Source: an uncultured delta proteobacterium (GTDB lineage Bacteria; Desulfobacterota; Binatia; UBA9968). Taken from it: a DNA stretch of 64,000 bases. Under the pieces are notes generated by a model. It saw only the letters and a program-made list of their open reading frames with translations, ran no database searches and was not told where the DNA came from. Within the stretch, counting starts at the first letter, position 1. Each line of letters opens with the position of its first letter. Shown here one piece after another: positions 22,724 through 34,703 of the stretch. The DNA lies in NCBI GenBank assembly GCA_963760795.1, contig CAVXEP010000032.1:192001-256000 (forward strand), in the 5' to 3' direction. The translations under genes were made by a program, and so were the position numbers.

Positions 22724-24124
22724 GTGATGGTTATTAAGCTAGGTAGTCAGGTTAGCATCGGATTAGTTGGATTGGCGGCAGTGTGGCTGTGGTCTGAGAG
22801 CAAGCTTTCAGCGCAAGTCCGCAGTGCTCCGGCGTCGCACCAGTCACTATCGACCTATGCGCAATCGGGCTCGCCCAAGCACGGAGAAAATCAACCGCTG
22901 CCGCCGCTGCGCGCCGTCGAGAAAGACAAAAAGCCAATGGCTGCCGCGGCGGCTTCAGGCACGGTGTCGACCGCCGCTGCGGATAAAGTTCAAGTTACCG
23001 GCTTGCGTTTGTTATCGTGGAAAAATTTCACCCGCGTCATGTTGGAGCTATCGCACGACGCCCAATACGAAGTGCTCCGACTCAAGGACGATCCTGCCAA
23101 GGGCATACCGCCGCGCATGTACGTCGATATCCGCGGCGCGCGCTTGGCGCTGAACTCAAAGGAGCTGGTGCCGGTGCCGGTAGATGATCGTCTGTTGCGT
23201 CAGGTGCGCGTCAGCCAATACAGCGCTGAGGTCGTGCGCGTGGTCTTAGATCTCACCAGCCTGGGCGATCACAATGCGTTCATGCTGCCCGACCCTCATC
23301 GTTTGGTGATCGATTTACACGGGCAGCAGACGCCGGAGCGCGCAGCCGTCAAGGAGGAGGCCGCCAAGGGGGAAAAATCTCCCCGTCTCGGTGCTTCGCG
23401 AGACAAAAAGGCGACCCTGCCGCTGGCTAATGCTACCGGCATTCGCAAGATCGTCATCGATCCGGGCCATGGCGGCAAAGATCCCGGTGCCGTCGGCGTC
23501 GGTGGTATCATGGAAAAAGACGTGGTGTTGAGCATCGCTAAGAAGCTCGCTCTAAAGCTCAAGAATGAAATGGGTGTTCAGGTGGTCTTGACCCGCAATG
23601 ACGACCGCTTCGTCGCCCTGGAGGACCGCACCCATCGGGCCAACGCCGAGGATGCCGATCTGTTTATTTCGTTGCATATGAACGCCAGCGCCAGTGGCGA
23701 AGCGCGCGGCGTCGAGACCTATTATCTCGACAACACCAGCGATGAAGCGGCGCTGCGGCTGGCGGCGCGCGAGAACGGCGGCGCGCGCAAGAACGTCTCC
23801 GATTTGCAATTTATCCTGAGCGACATGACCCAGAACCTGAAGCTCGAGGATTCGATCACGCTAGCGCACCGCTTGCAGCAGTCGGTAGTCGGCGGCATGA
23901 CCGAAGCGGTCGGCGAGGTGCGCGACCTCGGCGTCAAGACGGCGCTATTTTATGTCTTGGTCGGCGCGCGCATGCCGAGCGTCTTGGTGGAGATGTTTTT
24001 CGTCACCCATCGCGTCGAGGGACCGGCGATGAGCCGTGAGGCCAGTCAAGATGCCATGGCCAACTCGCTGTTCGACGGCATTCAGAAATATGGTCATTCG
24101 ATCATGGTCGCCAAACCGCTATAA
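22724..24124 (+). CDS. amiC: N-acetylmuramoyl-L-alanine amidase with AMIN domains
   Basis: IVIDPGHGGKDPGA, EKDVVL, FISLHMNA, PSVLVE; RLVID AMIN motifs. Confidence 0.9.
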   Translation: MMVIKLGSQVSIGLVGLAAVWLWSESKLSAQVRSAPASHQSLSTYAQSGSPKHGENQPLPPLRAVEKDKKPMAAAAASGTVSTAAADKVQVTGLRLLSWKNFTRVMLELSHDAQYEVLRLKDDPAKGIPPRMYVDIRGARLALNSKELVPVPVDDRLLRQVRVSQYSAEVVRVVLDLTSLGDHNAFMLPDPHRLVIDLHGQQTPERAAVKEEAAKGEKSPRLGASRDKKATLPLANATGIRKIVIDPGHGGKDPGAVGVGGIMEKDVVLSIAKKLALKLKNEMGVQVVLTRNDDRFVALEDRTHRANAEDADLFISLHMNASASGEARGVETYYLDNTSDEAALRLAARENGGARKNVSDLQFILSDMTQNLKLEDSITLAHRLQQSVVGGMTEAVGEVRDLGVKTALFYVLVGARMPSVLVEMFFVTHRVEGPAMSREASQDAMANSLFDGIQKYGHSIMVAKPL

Positions 24125-24132
24125 TATCAATT

Positions 24133-26853
24133 ATGGACGCAGTCGCTATTTCCTTAGCCTTACTTCAAGACAGTCAGGTCGAAGTCAACCTCAAAGCGCT
24201 GGGTCGGAGCTATCTCGAGCGTGGCCGGCGCATTTTGTTCGAGCGCCATCGCCAGGGCGCCGGCGGCATGGAAGTCGCGGCGGCCTACTCGACGGTGACG
24301 GATCATATCATCCGCTATTTGTTTAGCTCCTTGGGCGCTGAACTCCTGCCGCGCTTTCGCGGCCAGGGGGCTGGACTGGCTTTGATCGCTCAAGGGGGTT
24401 ATGGCCGGGGCGAACTAAGTCCTTATTCCGATATCGACTTATTATTTTTGCACAACGGTCGGGTCAATCCGTTCGTCCAAGCTCTCAACGAACGATTGTT
24501 ACACACGTTGTGGGATTTGGGTTTGGAGGTCGGGCCCGCGACGCGCAGCATCTCCGATTGCGTGCGCTTGGGCGAATCGGACATGAAGATCCGCACGGCA
24601 TTGCTTGACGCGCGCTTTCTCTGTGGCGACTACCTGCTGTTTGGCGAATTCAGTAAGACTCTCGACAACAAATTGCTCAAGAAGGGAATCGGCCGTTTCA
24701 TTCGTGAGAAGCTCAATGAAACCATTGCCCGTCACAAAACCTATGGCGGATCGGTCTATTTGCTCGAACCCGAGGTCAAAGAGGGTTTGGGTGGATTGCG
24801 CGATGTCCAGACCGCCCGCTGGATCGCCCGCGCACAACTTAAGATCAAGGATTTAGACGGTCTCGTGAATCACGGCATGATCAGCGCAGCCGACGTGGTC
24901 AGTCTCAAGGAGTCGCAGGATTTTCTTCTGCGAGTGCGCAATGAAATGCACTTTGCCACCGGCAAGCATCAGGACCAGCTGACCTTCGAGCAGCAAGAAA
25001 AAGTCAGCGAGGCCTTGGGATTTCAGAGCGAGGGAACGCTGCGCGGCGTCGAAGTGTTTATGCGCGCGTACTACTTGCACGCCATGCAGATTTGCCGGAT
25101 TTCGGATCTGATCGTGCACCGGGTCACCGACTGTGACAAGCCGCGCTTCAGCGACAAATTGGCCTTCGGCCGTACCCTGCGCGACGGCGTGCGCATTTCG
25201 AAGGGTCATCTCACCCTGACCAAGCCCGAGATACTCAAAAACGATCCGAGTAATTTGATCCGCCTGTTCGATGATAGGCAGAAATATCGCTGCCGCTTGA
25301 GCCATGAGACCCGCGAATTACTGCGCGGCCAAGTCGACTTGATCGACGAAGAGTTTCGCGGTTCGGCGGCCGCCAACCGGCCGTTTTTCTCGATTCTCGA
25401 ATGGAAAGATTCCGTCTATGAGACGCTCTTGGAAATGCATCACTCAGGCGTGCTTGGCGCGTTCATCCCGGAGTTCGGCCGCTTGCTGTGCATGGTCTTG
25501 CACGACGCCTATCACACCTACACGGTGGATGAGCATTCTCTCATGCTGATTCAAGAGATCGAACGGCTGCGCGCCGGCGACTACGAAGCGACGCTGCCTT
25601 TGCTGACGCAAGTGGCGCGCGAGGCGGAGAAGATAGAGCTACTCTACTTGGGCATGATGTTTCATGACATCGGCAAGGGCTTCGGCGGCGGTCACTCGGA
25701 AGTCGGCGCCAACATGGTGCGCCCGATCGCCCGGCGCATGGGGCTCAATGCCGATGATGGCGCGTTGGTGGAGTTTCTCGTGCGCCATCATTTGCTTATG
25801 ACTCACACCGCCCTTCGGCGCGACCTGGAGGACGAGAAAACCATTTTTGAGTTCGCGAAAACCATGGGTAGCGTCAACAATTTGAAGATGCTCTATCTCC
25901 TGACCTTCGCCGATGTCAAAGCAGTGGGGCCGGATGTTTGGAATCCTTGGAAGGGTTCGCTCCTGGGCGAGCTCTACGTAAAAACTTTGAACCTCCTCGA
26001 AGAAGCCGAGAAGGGCGAGTTCCCGCGCGAAGACGTGCGCGCCGTCTTACAGCGCATCCAAGGCCGCGTCCGGCGCCAATTGCTCGCGCTGCCGCAACCC
26101 GAGGCCGAGGTCGATGATTTTATCGATGCCATGCCCGACCGTTATTTCCTCTCCACCTCCGAGGCTGAGATCCCCAAGCACTTTGCTTTGATGGAGAAGT
26201 TTCGCGGCAAAGGCGCGCTGTTCTATGTCGAGCATTTCCCCGAACGCAACTGTAGCTCGGTGGTCATCTGCACCCAGGACCGGCCCGGCCTGTTCGCCTC
26301 CATCACCGGCGTCTTGACCTCGCTCAGCCTCGATATTCTCAACGCGCGGATCTTTACCGCCAGCGACGGCCGCATTCTCGACGTCTTTCGTATCTCGCAT
26401 CGGGGCCGGCCGGAACTGGTCATGGCCGATGCGAAATGGGCCAAGTTCAAGACCGTCTTGGACCATGTGTTGGACGGCAAAAGCGAAGTCGTCCGCCTGG
26501 TCGAAGCGGCCAAGCCTTCGTTTTACCTGCTCAAGCGAGCGCCCAAGGTATCCACTGTTATCAAAATCGACAACCATGTATCGGATGATTTTTCTGTCGT
26601 TGAGATCTTTACCGATGACCGGATCGGCGTGCTGTTTACCATCGCTCATAACTTGCATCAGTTGGGACTGTCGATCCATGTCGCTAAGATCTCGACCAAT
26701 GTCGATCAAGTGGCCGATGTTTTTTACGTCACCGAGAGCTCGGGCGAGAAAATCGCCGGGGCCGAAAGGGTCGAGCAAGTCAGAAGGTCCCTTTTCCAAA
26801 GTCTGGCGCCAGAGAATGTTACCAACGAAAGACGCGCTGAGTCCGTACATTGA
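24133..26853 (+). CDS. glnD: [Protein-PII] uridylyltransferase
   Basis: AQGGYGRGELSPYSDIDLL, HTYTVDEH, FHDIGKG, two ACT domains (DRPGLF, DRIGVLF). Confidence 0.97.
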   Translation: MDAVAISLALLQDSQVEVNLKALGRSYLERGRRILFERHRQGAGGMEVAAAYSTVTDHIIRYLFSSLGAELLPRFRGQGAGLALIAQGGYGRGELSPYSDIDLLFLHNGRVNPFVQALNERLLHTLWDLGLEVGPATRSISDCVRLGESDMKIRTALLDARFLCGDYLLFGEFSKTLDNKLLKKGIGRFIREKLNETIARHKTYGGSVYLLEPEVKEGLGGLRDVQTARWIARAQLKIKDLDGLVNHGMISAADVVSLKESQDFLLRVRNEMHFATGKHQDQLTFEQQEKVSEALGFQSEGTLRGVEVFMRAYYLHAMQICRISDLIVHRVTDCDKPRFSDKLAFGRTLRDGVRISKGHLTLTKPEILKNDPSNLIRLFDDRQKYRCRLSHETRELLRGQVDLIDEEFRGSAAANRPFFSILEWKDSVYETLLEMHHSGVLGAFIPEFGRLLCMVLHDAYHTYTVDEHSLMLIQEIERLRAGDYEATLPLLTQVAREAEKIELLYLGMMFHDIGKGFGGGHSEVGANMVRPIARRMGLNADDGALVEFLVRHHLLMTHTALRRDLEDEKTIFEFAKTMGSVNNLKMLYLLTFADVKAVGPDVWNPWKGSLLGELYVKTLNLLEEAEKGEFPREDVRAVLQRIQGRVRRQLLALPQPEAEVDDFIDAMPDRYFLSTSEAEIPKHFALMEKFRGKGALFYVEHFPERNCSSVVICTQDRPGLFASITGVLTSLSLDILNARIFTASDGRILDVFRISHRGRPELVMADAKWAKFKTVLDHVLDGKSEVVRLVEAAKPSFYLLKRAPKVSTVIKIDNHVSDDFSVVEIFTDDRIGVLFTIAHNLHQLGLSIHVAKISTNVDQVADVFYVTESSGEKIAGAERVEQVRRSLFQSLAPENVTNERRAESVH

Positions 26854-27736
26854 CTCGTTCCTCTCGATGCTCGCCGTCGAGAAGGGGCTGGCGAAGAATA
26901 CCCTCGATGCTTACAGCCGCGATCTGGCCGGCCTGTCGGCCTTTCTTATCGGGCAAAAGGTTTCCGATTGGCGCGAAGTTGACACGAACCATATTCGCGC
27001 CTACGTCGGCGCGCTGCGCACCAAGGGACTGAGTTCGAAGAGCGTCGCCCGTCACGTTGTGACGTTGCGCCGGCTCTTGCGCTTCCTCCAAACCGAAAAC
27101 CTGCTCAAAGAAAATCCCATGCCGACGCTCTTGCCGACGCCGGGACAGAGAAAGCTGCCACAGACACTGTCGGCGGCGGACATTCAATGCCTGCTCAACC
27201 AGCCGGACGCCAACGAACCGCTGGGCGCGCGTGACCAGGCGATGTTTGAGTTGCTCTACGCTACCGGCCTACGGGTGTCGGAGTTGGTGCGATTGCAGAC
27301 GCAGCAGGTCAATTTCCAGGGCAACTACGTCATCGTCAAAGGCAAGGGAGCGAAAGTGCGCGCCGTGCCCTTCGGCAATTACGCGCGCGAAAAGTTGAAC
27401 TACTTCATGACCGATGGCCGGCGGCGATTGCTCAAGGGCAAATTGAGTCCGTATGTCTTCATCAACCGTTCCGGCAAACCGCTGAGCCGCCAAGGTTTCT
27501 GGAAACTCATCCGCCGCTACGCTCTGATCGCCGGCATCGATAAACGAGTCACGCCGCACACCCTGCGCCACTCCTTCGCTACGCACCTACTCGAAGGCGG
27601 CGCCGACTTGCGCTCGGTGCAGACCATGCTCGGCCACGCCGATATCTCGACGACGCAGATCTACACCCACGTCGACGGCGCAAGGTTGAAGAAGGTCCAT
27701 CAACAGTATCATCCACGGGAGAAAGGAAGCGGGTAA
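26816..27736 (+). CDS. xerD: Tyrosine recombinase XerD
   Basis: [68 protein letters not shown]. Confidence 0.95.
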   Translation: MLPTKDALSPYIDSFLSMLAVEKGLAKNTLDAYSRDLAGLSAFLIGQKVSDWREVDTNHIRAYVGALRTKGLSSKSVARHVVTLRRLLRFLQTENLLKENPMPTLLPTPGQRKLPQTLSAADIQCLLNQPDANEPLGARDQAMFELLYATGLRVSELVRLQTQQVNFQGNYVIVKGKGAKVRAVPFGNYAREKLNYFMTDGRRRLLKGKLSPYVFINRSGKPLSRQGFWKLIRRYALIAGIDKRVTPHTLRHSFATHLLEGGADLRSVQTMLGHADISTTQIYTHVDGARLKKVHQQYHPREKGSG

Positions 27737-28291
27737 GCAATCCTAACGTCGGCCTCTAATAAGTTCGGTATTCAGTCGCTTTCGTCGTGACAAAACAGAT
27801 CGACACACCCTGAGAGAGAAAGAGAGAAGCGGATAAATTTTTGGTTACGACGAGCTGACAAGAAAGTCTGGAAGTAAAGGTCTGACGCCCTATCCGGTGC
27901 GCGGTGCATCACTCCAACAAAGTGAATTATTCTGATTGCCGTCCAATATTGAACCGCGTAATCCTTCGGACCGGGGTCTACTATGAAAATGAACATTGCT
28001 TGGTCAGAGTCGCCGCGAAACTAGCTTGCTGTCGCTTTTATCAACTCGCCTCCCTGAAGCGAAAATGAATCAGCTTAACGTTCACTTCAGGCGAGAGGAT
28101 TGTCTGACTCCGCTACTTCACATCAAGCAAAGCTGTGAGTAAGATTGGAATAATAGCGAGAAATAGCATGCCTATAGTCCATCGCGAGAGGGACCGTACG
28201 CAGCAAAGTAAGAGCCGAGCCGCCAAGGCAGGGATATTCCGCAATGAAAGATCCGGCGACCGTCACCAATGAACCTATGAAACGGAGAATT

Positions 28292-28642
28292 ATGCAATCA
28301 GAAAAAATCCCATCCAAGCCCAAAGGACTCGCCGGCGCCGAAGTCACGACGGCCGCCGGGTTGGTGAACTACCAGGACGGCGCCGTTGTCAGTCGTGAAA
28401 TTATCAAGAAGCCAACGGGTAGCGTGACTATCTTCGCGTTTGACGAAGGGCAAGGCTTGAGTGAGCACACGTCCCCGTTCGATGCGCTGGTGCAAGTGGT
28501 GGAAGGCGCGGCCGAGATCATAATTTCTGGCCAGCCACAGCCGTTGCAGGGCGGCGAGATGATTCTCCTGCCCGCCGGTCAGCCGCACGCGCTCAAGGCG
28601 CTCAAGCGGTTCAAGATGATTCTGACGATGATTCGATCCTGA
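28292..28642 (+). CDS. Cupin domain protein
   Basis: FAFDEGQGLSEHTSPFDALV, PAGQPHALKA. Confidence 0.88.
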   Translation: MQSEKIPSKPKGLAGAEVTTAAGLVNYQDGAVVSREIIKKPTGSVTIFAFDEGQGLSEHTSPFDALVQVVEGAAEIIISGQPQPLQGGEMILLPAGQPHALKALKRFKMILTMIRS

Positions 28643-28654
28643 ACCAACACTGCG

Positions 28655-31038
28655 ATGAAAACAAAGACGAACTTAAAGACACTTAGTCCACAATTGCTAC
28701 GCACGATGGACGCCTATTGGCGCGCGGCGAACTATCTTTCCGTGGGACAGATTTATCTGTATGACAATCCCCTGCTGAAGCAGCCGCTCAAGCTGGCGCA
28801 CATCAAACCGCGCCTGCTCGGCCATTGGGGCACGACGCCGGGGCTGAACTTCATTTACGTTCACCTGAACCGAGTCATCAAGGAACACGACCTCAACGTC
28901 ATCTACATCACCGGGCCGGGCCACGGCGGACCGGGGCTGGTGGCGAATGCATATCTCGAAGGCACCTACAGCGAAGTCTACCCCAACATTTCACAAGACG
29001 AGGACGGGATGCAGCGGCTGTTCAAGCAGTTTTCTTTCCCGGGCGGGATTCCGAGCCACGTGGCGCCGGAGACGCCTGGTTCGATTCACGAGGGTGGCGA
29101 ATTGGGTTATTCGCTGTCGCACGCTTTCGGCGCGGCGTTCGATAATCCCAACCTGCTGGTCGCGTGCGTTGTCGGCGACGGCGAAGCGGAGACCGGCCCG
29201 CTCGCTACCAGTTGGCACTCGAACAAATTTTTGAATCCGGTCCACGACGGCGCCGTGTTGCCGATTCTGCACTTGAACGGCTACAAGATTGCCGGCCCCA
29301 CTGTGCTGGCGCGCATTCCCCATGACGAACTGGTAGCGCTTTTTCGCGGCTATGGTTACACGCCGTATTTCGTCGAGGGTAACGACCCGATCAAGATGCA
29401 CCAACTCATGGCCGCTACACTCGATGTTGTCGTGGCCGACATTCGGCGCATCCAACTGCATGCCCGTACCAAGGGGTTCACGGCGCGGCCGCGCTGGCCG
29501 ATGATTATTTTGCGCTCACCGAAGGGTTGGACCGGCCCGAAAATGGTCGATGGCAAGCCGAGCGAAGGCACGTTTCGCTCGCACCAGGTGCCGATGGGCG
29601 ACATGAGCCATCCAGGGCACGTAAAGATCTTGCAGAAGTGGCTGAAGAGCTATCGCCCGCAGGAGTTGTTCGATCAGTCGGGCAAGTTGCGCGCTGAACT
29701 CGCAGAGCTCGCGCCGAAAGGCGAGCGGCGCATGAGCGCCAATCCCCACGCCAATGGTGGCCTCCTTGCTACGCGACCTGAGCCTGCCTGATTTCCGCAG
29801 CTACGCGGTGAAAGTGCCGAAGCCCGGCGGCGTAGATGGCGAAGCTACAAGCGTCCAAGGCGCATTTATCCGCGACGTGATCAAACTCAACCGCGAAAAT
29901 TTTCGTGTCTTCAGCCCGGACGAAACCTCCTCGAACCGCTGGGCCGCGGTGTTCGAAGCGACCAACCGTTGTTCGACTGCTGAAATCATTCCCGGCGACG
30001 ATCGCGTCGCCCCGGATGGCCGCGTGATGGAGATGTTGAGCGAGCACCAGTGCGAAGGCTGGCTGGAAGGTTACTTGCTCACCGGCCGTCACGGCTTTTT
30101 CTCGTGCTACGAAGCGTTCATTCACATCGTCGATTCGATGTTCAATCAGCACGCCAAGTGGCTCAAGGTGACTCGGGAAATTCCCTGGCGTCGGCCGATC
30201 GCCTCGCTAAATTACCTTCTCACGTCGCATGTCTGGCGTCAGGACCACAACGGCTTCAGTCATCAAGACCCCGGCTTCATTGACCATGTCGTAAACAAGA
30301 AAGCGGAAGTCATCCGGGTCTACCTGCCGCCCGACGCAAACACACTGCTCTCCGTGACCGATCACTGCCTGCGCAGCCGGAACTACGTGAACGTGATCGT
30401 CGCTGGGAAACAACCCGCAGCGCAGTGGCTCGACATGGACGCTGCCATCAAGCATTGCGCTGCCGGCATCGGTATCTGGCCTTGGGCCAGCAACGATCAG
30501 GGCGGCGAGCCCGATGTCGTCATGGCGTGTGCCGGCGACGTGCCGACGCTCGAAACCCTCGCCGCAGTGCAGTTGCTTCGAAAGTTTTTTCCCGAGTTAA
30601 AAATCCGGGTGATTAACGTGGTTAATTTAATGAAGCTCCAGCCGCAGAGCGAACATCCGCACGGTCTGAGCGACAAAGAGTTCGATGTGCTCTTTACGAC
30701 GGACAAACCGATCATCTTCGCCTATCACGGTTATCCCTGGTTGATCCATCGGCTCACCTATCGGCGCACCAACCACGAAAACCTCCATGTGCGCGGTTAC
30801 AAAGAGGAAGGCACGACGTCGACGCCGTTCGACATGGTGGTGTTGAACGACTTGGACCGTTTCCATCTCGTCGCCGACGTCATCGATCGGGTGGCGCAGC
30901 TCGGTCCCAAGGCCGCCTATGCCAAACAAACCATGCGCGATAAGCTCATCGAGCACAAGCAATTACATCGCAGAACACGGCCAGGATATGCCGGAGATTC
31001 GCAATTGGAAATGGGGCGGAAAAAAGTCATCAAGATGA
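28655..31038 (+). CDS. xfp: Phosphoketolase (two +1 frameshifts, near 29766 and 30963)
   Basis: [56 protein letters not shown]. The corrected tail [17 protein letters not shown] ends at TGA 31038. Confidence 0.93.
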
Positions 31039-31174
31039 ACAACATAAACGCGCATTTACCTCATTAGCCGCGTTGAAACCGAATGCACGATGTGTTTCAG
31101 CTGCTTGCTTACGACAGCAATTTGGCTAGGAGGGGAGAGATGCGTGGCTTTCTCTCAGAAGAGCATCCGCGCTT

Positions 31175-31426
31175 GTCCGCTACCGTTCGCCGGATCCCGT
31201 GCTGACGCCTGAGTTGCCGCAAGAACGCTGGGGAACAGTTTCTAATGTCGTATTCGCCATCGGCATCGACCGGCGCGACGCTCTTGGCTTGCCAGATCGC
31301 TTCGATGTTTATTACGGCATGGCCGACAACCGGATCGGTGTGGCACGGCTGGACGTGCCGGACAGCTGCCGCCAGGCGCGCCCGCCGATGCGCCGGAAGC
31401 GAAGGTGTAATTTTTCATCGCCGTGA
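31175..31426 (+). pseudogene. GH130-like glycosidase/phosphorylase, C-terminal fragment
   Basis: RSPDPVLTPE..E..GTVSNVVF..G...DVYYGMADNRIGVA; N-terminal part missing. Confidence 0.7.
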
Positions 31427-31714
31427 ATAGGCAAGCGAGGTTCGCTGACGACGACTAAAATGGCGCTACAGTCGGCTCTTATTCGGCGCGATATTTCCTA
31501 TCGGGTCGTCCACTATGGAGCACTAATTCACGCTGAATTCGCTTAGTCTCGAGAATCCAAAACTACTGAAATACAGTCCAGGGCGAATATCTAGTTCAAT
31601 CTGAGGGTCAGTCTATCAACGCTAAAGTTGCACCGTCCCGAATAGCCCGCTCTCGCCTTGTGTTTTCGCATTTCATACCGTATTTCTAGAGAAGCATCTC
31701 GCCGCGAGAAGGTA

Positions 31715-32368
31715 TTGGAAGACACCATCCAGAAAATTGCCATTTGGGCGTTTCCCGTGCTCGTAGCTGTGGTTTTTCATGAGGTTTCCCATGGTTGGGT
31801 GGCAAACCAGCTGGGCGATCCGACGGCTAAAAATTTGGGCCGACTGACGCTCAATCCGATCGCGCACATCGATTTGTTCGGGACGATTCTCGTGCCGGCG
31901 ATGTTGATCTTGGTCAGTTCGCCGTTTGTCTTCGGTTACGCCAAGCCGGTGCCGGTGAACTTTTACAACCTGCGCAATCCCAAGCGCGATATGGTGTGGG
32001 TAGCCTTGGCGGGGCCGGTGACGAATTTACTGCTAGCGTTGGGTTTCGTCATGATCTGGCGACTGTTCCTGCCGCAAAGCCGGGCGGATTTAGGAAACTC
32101 AACCTTCTTGACTACGCTGGTGCTGATGGCCCAGGCCGGTTTATTGATCAATATCTCGTTGGCGGTTTTTAATATGTTCCCATTGCCACCGCTAGACGGT
32201 GGCAGGGTGTTGGTCGGGCTTTTGCCGGAACCGTTGTCATCGAAAGTTGCCGGTATCGAGCGCTTTGGAATGTTGATTCTGATCGGTCTCCTGTATACGC
32301 GCGTGATTGATCGATTCATCGACGCGCCAACGAACTTTTTGTTGAAACTGTATTTGGGAATTTTCTAA
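31715..32368 (+). CDS. Site-2 protease (M50) family
   Basis: FHEVSHG, LGRLTLNP, FNMFPLPPLDGGR. Confidence 0.93.
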   Translation: MEDTIQKIAIWAFPVLVAVVFHEVSHGWVANQLGDPTAKNLGRLTLNPIAHIDLFGTILVPAMLILVSSPFVFGYAKPVPVNFYNLRNPKRDMVWVALAGPVTNLLLALGFVMIWRLFLPQSRADLGNSTFLTTLVLMAQAGLLINISLAVFNMFPLPPLDGGRVLVGLLPEPLSSKVAGIERFGMLILIGLLYTRVIDRFIDAPTNFLLKLYLGIF

Positions 32369-32378
32369 TTGAGGAGAC

Positions 32379-33356
32379 ATGGACACCATCGTTAGCGGCA
32401 TGCGGCCCACCGGACGGCTTCATCTTGGACATTATTTTGGCGCGTTGACCAATTGGCTCAAACTCCAAGAGCAATACCGTTGCTACTTTTTCGTTGCCGA
32501 TTGGCACGCGCTGACGACCGATTATGCGACGCCGCAGGGGATCAATCAGAACACCATCGAGATGGTCATGGATTGGTTGAGCGTCGGCCTCGATCCGGCA
32601 AAGGCGGTGGTGTTTCGCCAGTCGCGGGTGAAGGAGCATGCCGAGCTGCATCTGCTCTATTCGATGATCGTGCCGGTCCCTTGGCTTGAGCGCAACCCGA
32701 CCTACAAAGATCAGCTCAAGGAGTTGGTCGGCAAGGATCTGTCGACCTATGGCTTTCTCGGTTATCCAGTGCTTCAGGCGGCCGATATTACGATGTACAA
32801 GGCCAACAAGGTTCCCGTAGGTGTCGACCAGGCGCCCCATGTGGAGTTGACCCGCGAGATCGTGCGTCGTTTCAATCAGGTTTACACGCCGATCTTTCCT
32901 GAGCCTGAGGTTCTGCTGACCGAGACCCAGAAGCTTCCAGGACTCGACGGGCGCAAGATGAGCAAGAGCTTCGGTAACGCGGTAATGCTCTCGGACACGC
33001 CCAAGGAGATCGATCAGAAGCTGAGCAAGATGATTACCGATCCGGCGCGAGTGCGGCGCAGCGATCCCGGCGAGCCGGAGAAGTGCCCGGCGTTTCAATT
33101 TCATAAAATCTATTCGACCCCGGAAGAAATCGCCGAGGTCACTCAAGGTTGCCGCACCGCAGGAATCGGCTGTCTCGATTGTAAAAAAATCATGATTAAA
33201 CATGTAGTGGCGCAGTTGGCGCCAATCGCGGAGAAACGCGCGGCGTTGGAGCAGCGGCCGAAGGATGTCGAAGATATTTTGCTCGCTGGCAACAGGGTCG
33301 CACAGCACAAGGCCGGCGAAACCATGACTGAAGTCAGAGAGGCCCTGGGACTGTGA
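32379..33356 (+). CDS. trpS: Tryptophanyl-tRNA synthetase
   Basis: SGMRPTGRLHLGH, YPVLQAADI, PVGVDQ, KMSKS. Confidence 0.97.
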   Translation: MDTIVSGMRPTGRLHLGHYFGALTNWLKLQEQYRCYFFVADWHALTTDYATPQGINQNTIEMVMDWLSVGLDPAKAVVFRQSRVKEHAELHLLYSMIVPVPWLERNPTYKDQLKELVGKDLSTYGFLGYPVLQAADITMYKANKVPVGVDQAPHVELTREIVRRFNQVYTPIFPEPEVLLTETQKLPGLDGRKMSKSFGNAVMLSDTPKEIDQKLSKMITDPARVRRSDPGEPEKCPAFQFHKIYSTPEEIAEVTQGCRTAGIGCLDCKKIMIKHVVAQLAPIAEKRAALEQRPKDVEDILLAGNRVAQHKAGETMTEVREALGL

Positions 33357-34126
33357 GTACCCGCGTCGAATTGGAAATTTTCGAAGGCCCTCTGGACCTG
33401 CTGCTGCATCTGATCAAGAAAAATGAAGTCAGCATCACCGACATTCCGATCGCGACCATCACCGAGCAGTATTTAGCCACTCTCGACCTGTTGCAGACTT
33501 TGAGTCTGGATGTCGCCGGAGAGTTTTTGGTCATGGCCTCGACGTTGATCCACATCAAGTCGCGCATGCTGCTGCCGGCGGGGGACGACGGCGGCGACGA
33601 TGAGGATGAAGGGTTTGACCCGCGCGATGAATTGGTGCGCCGTCTGCTCGAATACCAGCGCTACAAGGAAGCGGCGCAAGATCTTGACCAGCGCGAGGTG
33701 TTGAGCCGCGACGTGTTCGCCCGTTCGGCTTCACCCACCGAAGAGGCCGGACCGCGCGGCTTCCGCGAGGTGTCGGTATTTGAACTGCTGGCGGCGTTGA
33801 AGCGCATTATCGACCGCTTGCCCAAGGATACTTTTCACGAGGTTACGCTGGAAAAGATCACGGTGCGCGAGAAGATGACCCATCTGCTCGATATCCTGCG
33901 GGCGCAGAGTTCGATCTTGTTCGAATCTCTTTTCGCCGAGGTCAGTTCGCGCATGGAGATCATCGTAACCTTTCTCGCTATGTTGGAGTTGGTCAAGGTC
34001 CGGGCGATTCGTATCGTTCAGGAGGAAATGGCCGGGCCGATCAAGATTGAGGCCGCGGCCGACATGGACGGCGTCGTTGAGAACGTAGTGCGCGATCAGT
34101 CTGAGGAAGATCCCTATGGAGCGTGA
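33353..34126 (+). CDS. scpA: Segregation/condensation protein A
   Basis: FEGPLDLLLHLI, AGEFLVMASTLIHIKSRMLLP, TFLAMLEL. Confidence 0.95.
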   Translation: MSTRVELEIFEGPLDLLLHLIKKNEVSITDIPIATITEQYLATLDLLQTLSLDVAGEFLVMASTLIHIKSRMLLPAGDDGGDDEDEGFDPRDELVRRLLEYQRYKEAAQDLDQREVLSRDVFARSASPTEEAGPRGFREVSVFELLAALKRIIDRLPKDTFHEVTLEKITVREKMTHLLDILRAQSSILFESLFAEVSSRMEIIVTFLAMLELVKVRAIRIVQEEMAGPIKIEAAADMDGVVENVVRDQSEEDPYGA

Positions 34127-34691
34127 GGAAGTCAAATCGATCTTGGAAAGTTTGCTGTTCGTCGCCGATGGGCCGCTGACCGTGCAGCGATTCTCCGAAG
34201 TGGTCGATGGCATCGACAAGGAGACGATTCACACCCTGCTTCAGGAACTGCAAAGCGATCTCGAAGCGCCGAGCCGCGGTTTGCAATTGGTTGAAGTGGC
34301 CGGCGGTTATCAACTGCGCACCGCCAAGATCAACGGCGAGTGGGTGAAAAAGCTTCTCGGCGGCCGGCCGGCGCGCATGGGCCGGGCGACCTTGGAGACC
34401 TTGGCGATTATCGCTTACCGCCAGCCGATCACCAAAGCGGAGATCGAAGCGATTCGCGGTGTCGATGTCGACGGCGTGATTACGACGCTCTTGGAGCGCA
34501 ATTTGATTCGCGCGGTGGCGCGCAAGGATGTGCCGGGGCGGCCGTTTCTGTATGGCACGACGGCGGAGTTCTTACAGTTGTTTAATCTCAACGACTTGAC
34601 CGATTTACCGACGCTCAAGGAAACTGACGAAATCTCGCTGCCGGAGATTTCCCGCGATACGATTCCGCTCGAACAGGCCGAAGAAAGTTAA
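34116..34691 (+). CDS. scpB: SMC-Scp complex subunit ScpB
   Basis: VEVAGGYQLRT, LETLAIIAYRQPITKAEIEAIRGV, GRPFLYGTT. Confidence 0.95.
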   Translation: MEREEVKSILESLLFVADGPLTVQRFSEVVDGIDKETIHTLLQELQSDLEAPSRGLQLVEVAGGYQLRTAKINGEWVKKLLGGRPARMGRATLETLAIIAYRQPITKAEIEAIRGVDVDGVITTLLERNLIRAVARKDVPGRPFLYGTTAEFLQLFNLNDLTDLPTLKETDEISLPEISRDTIPLEQAEES

Positions 34692-34703
34692 GCGCTAACC
34701 GAG

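Noticed and set aside
26816-27736. Tyrosine recombinase as an island integrase
   Set aside because: Has the XerD signature and sits in the core glnD operon; no att repeats.
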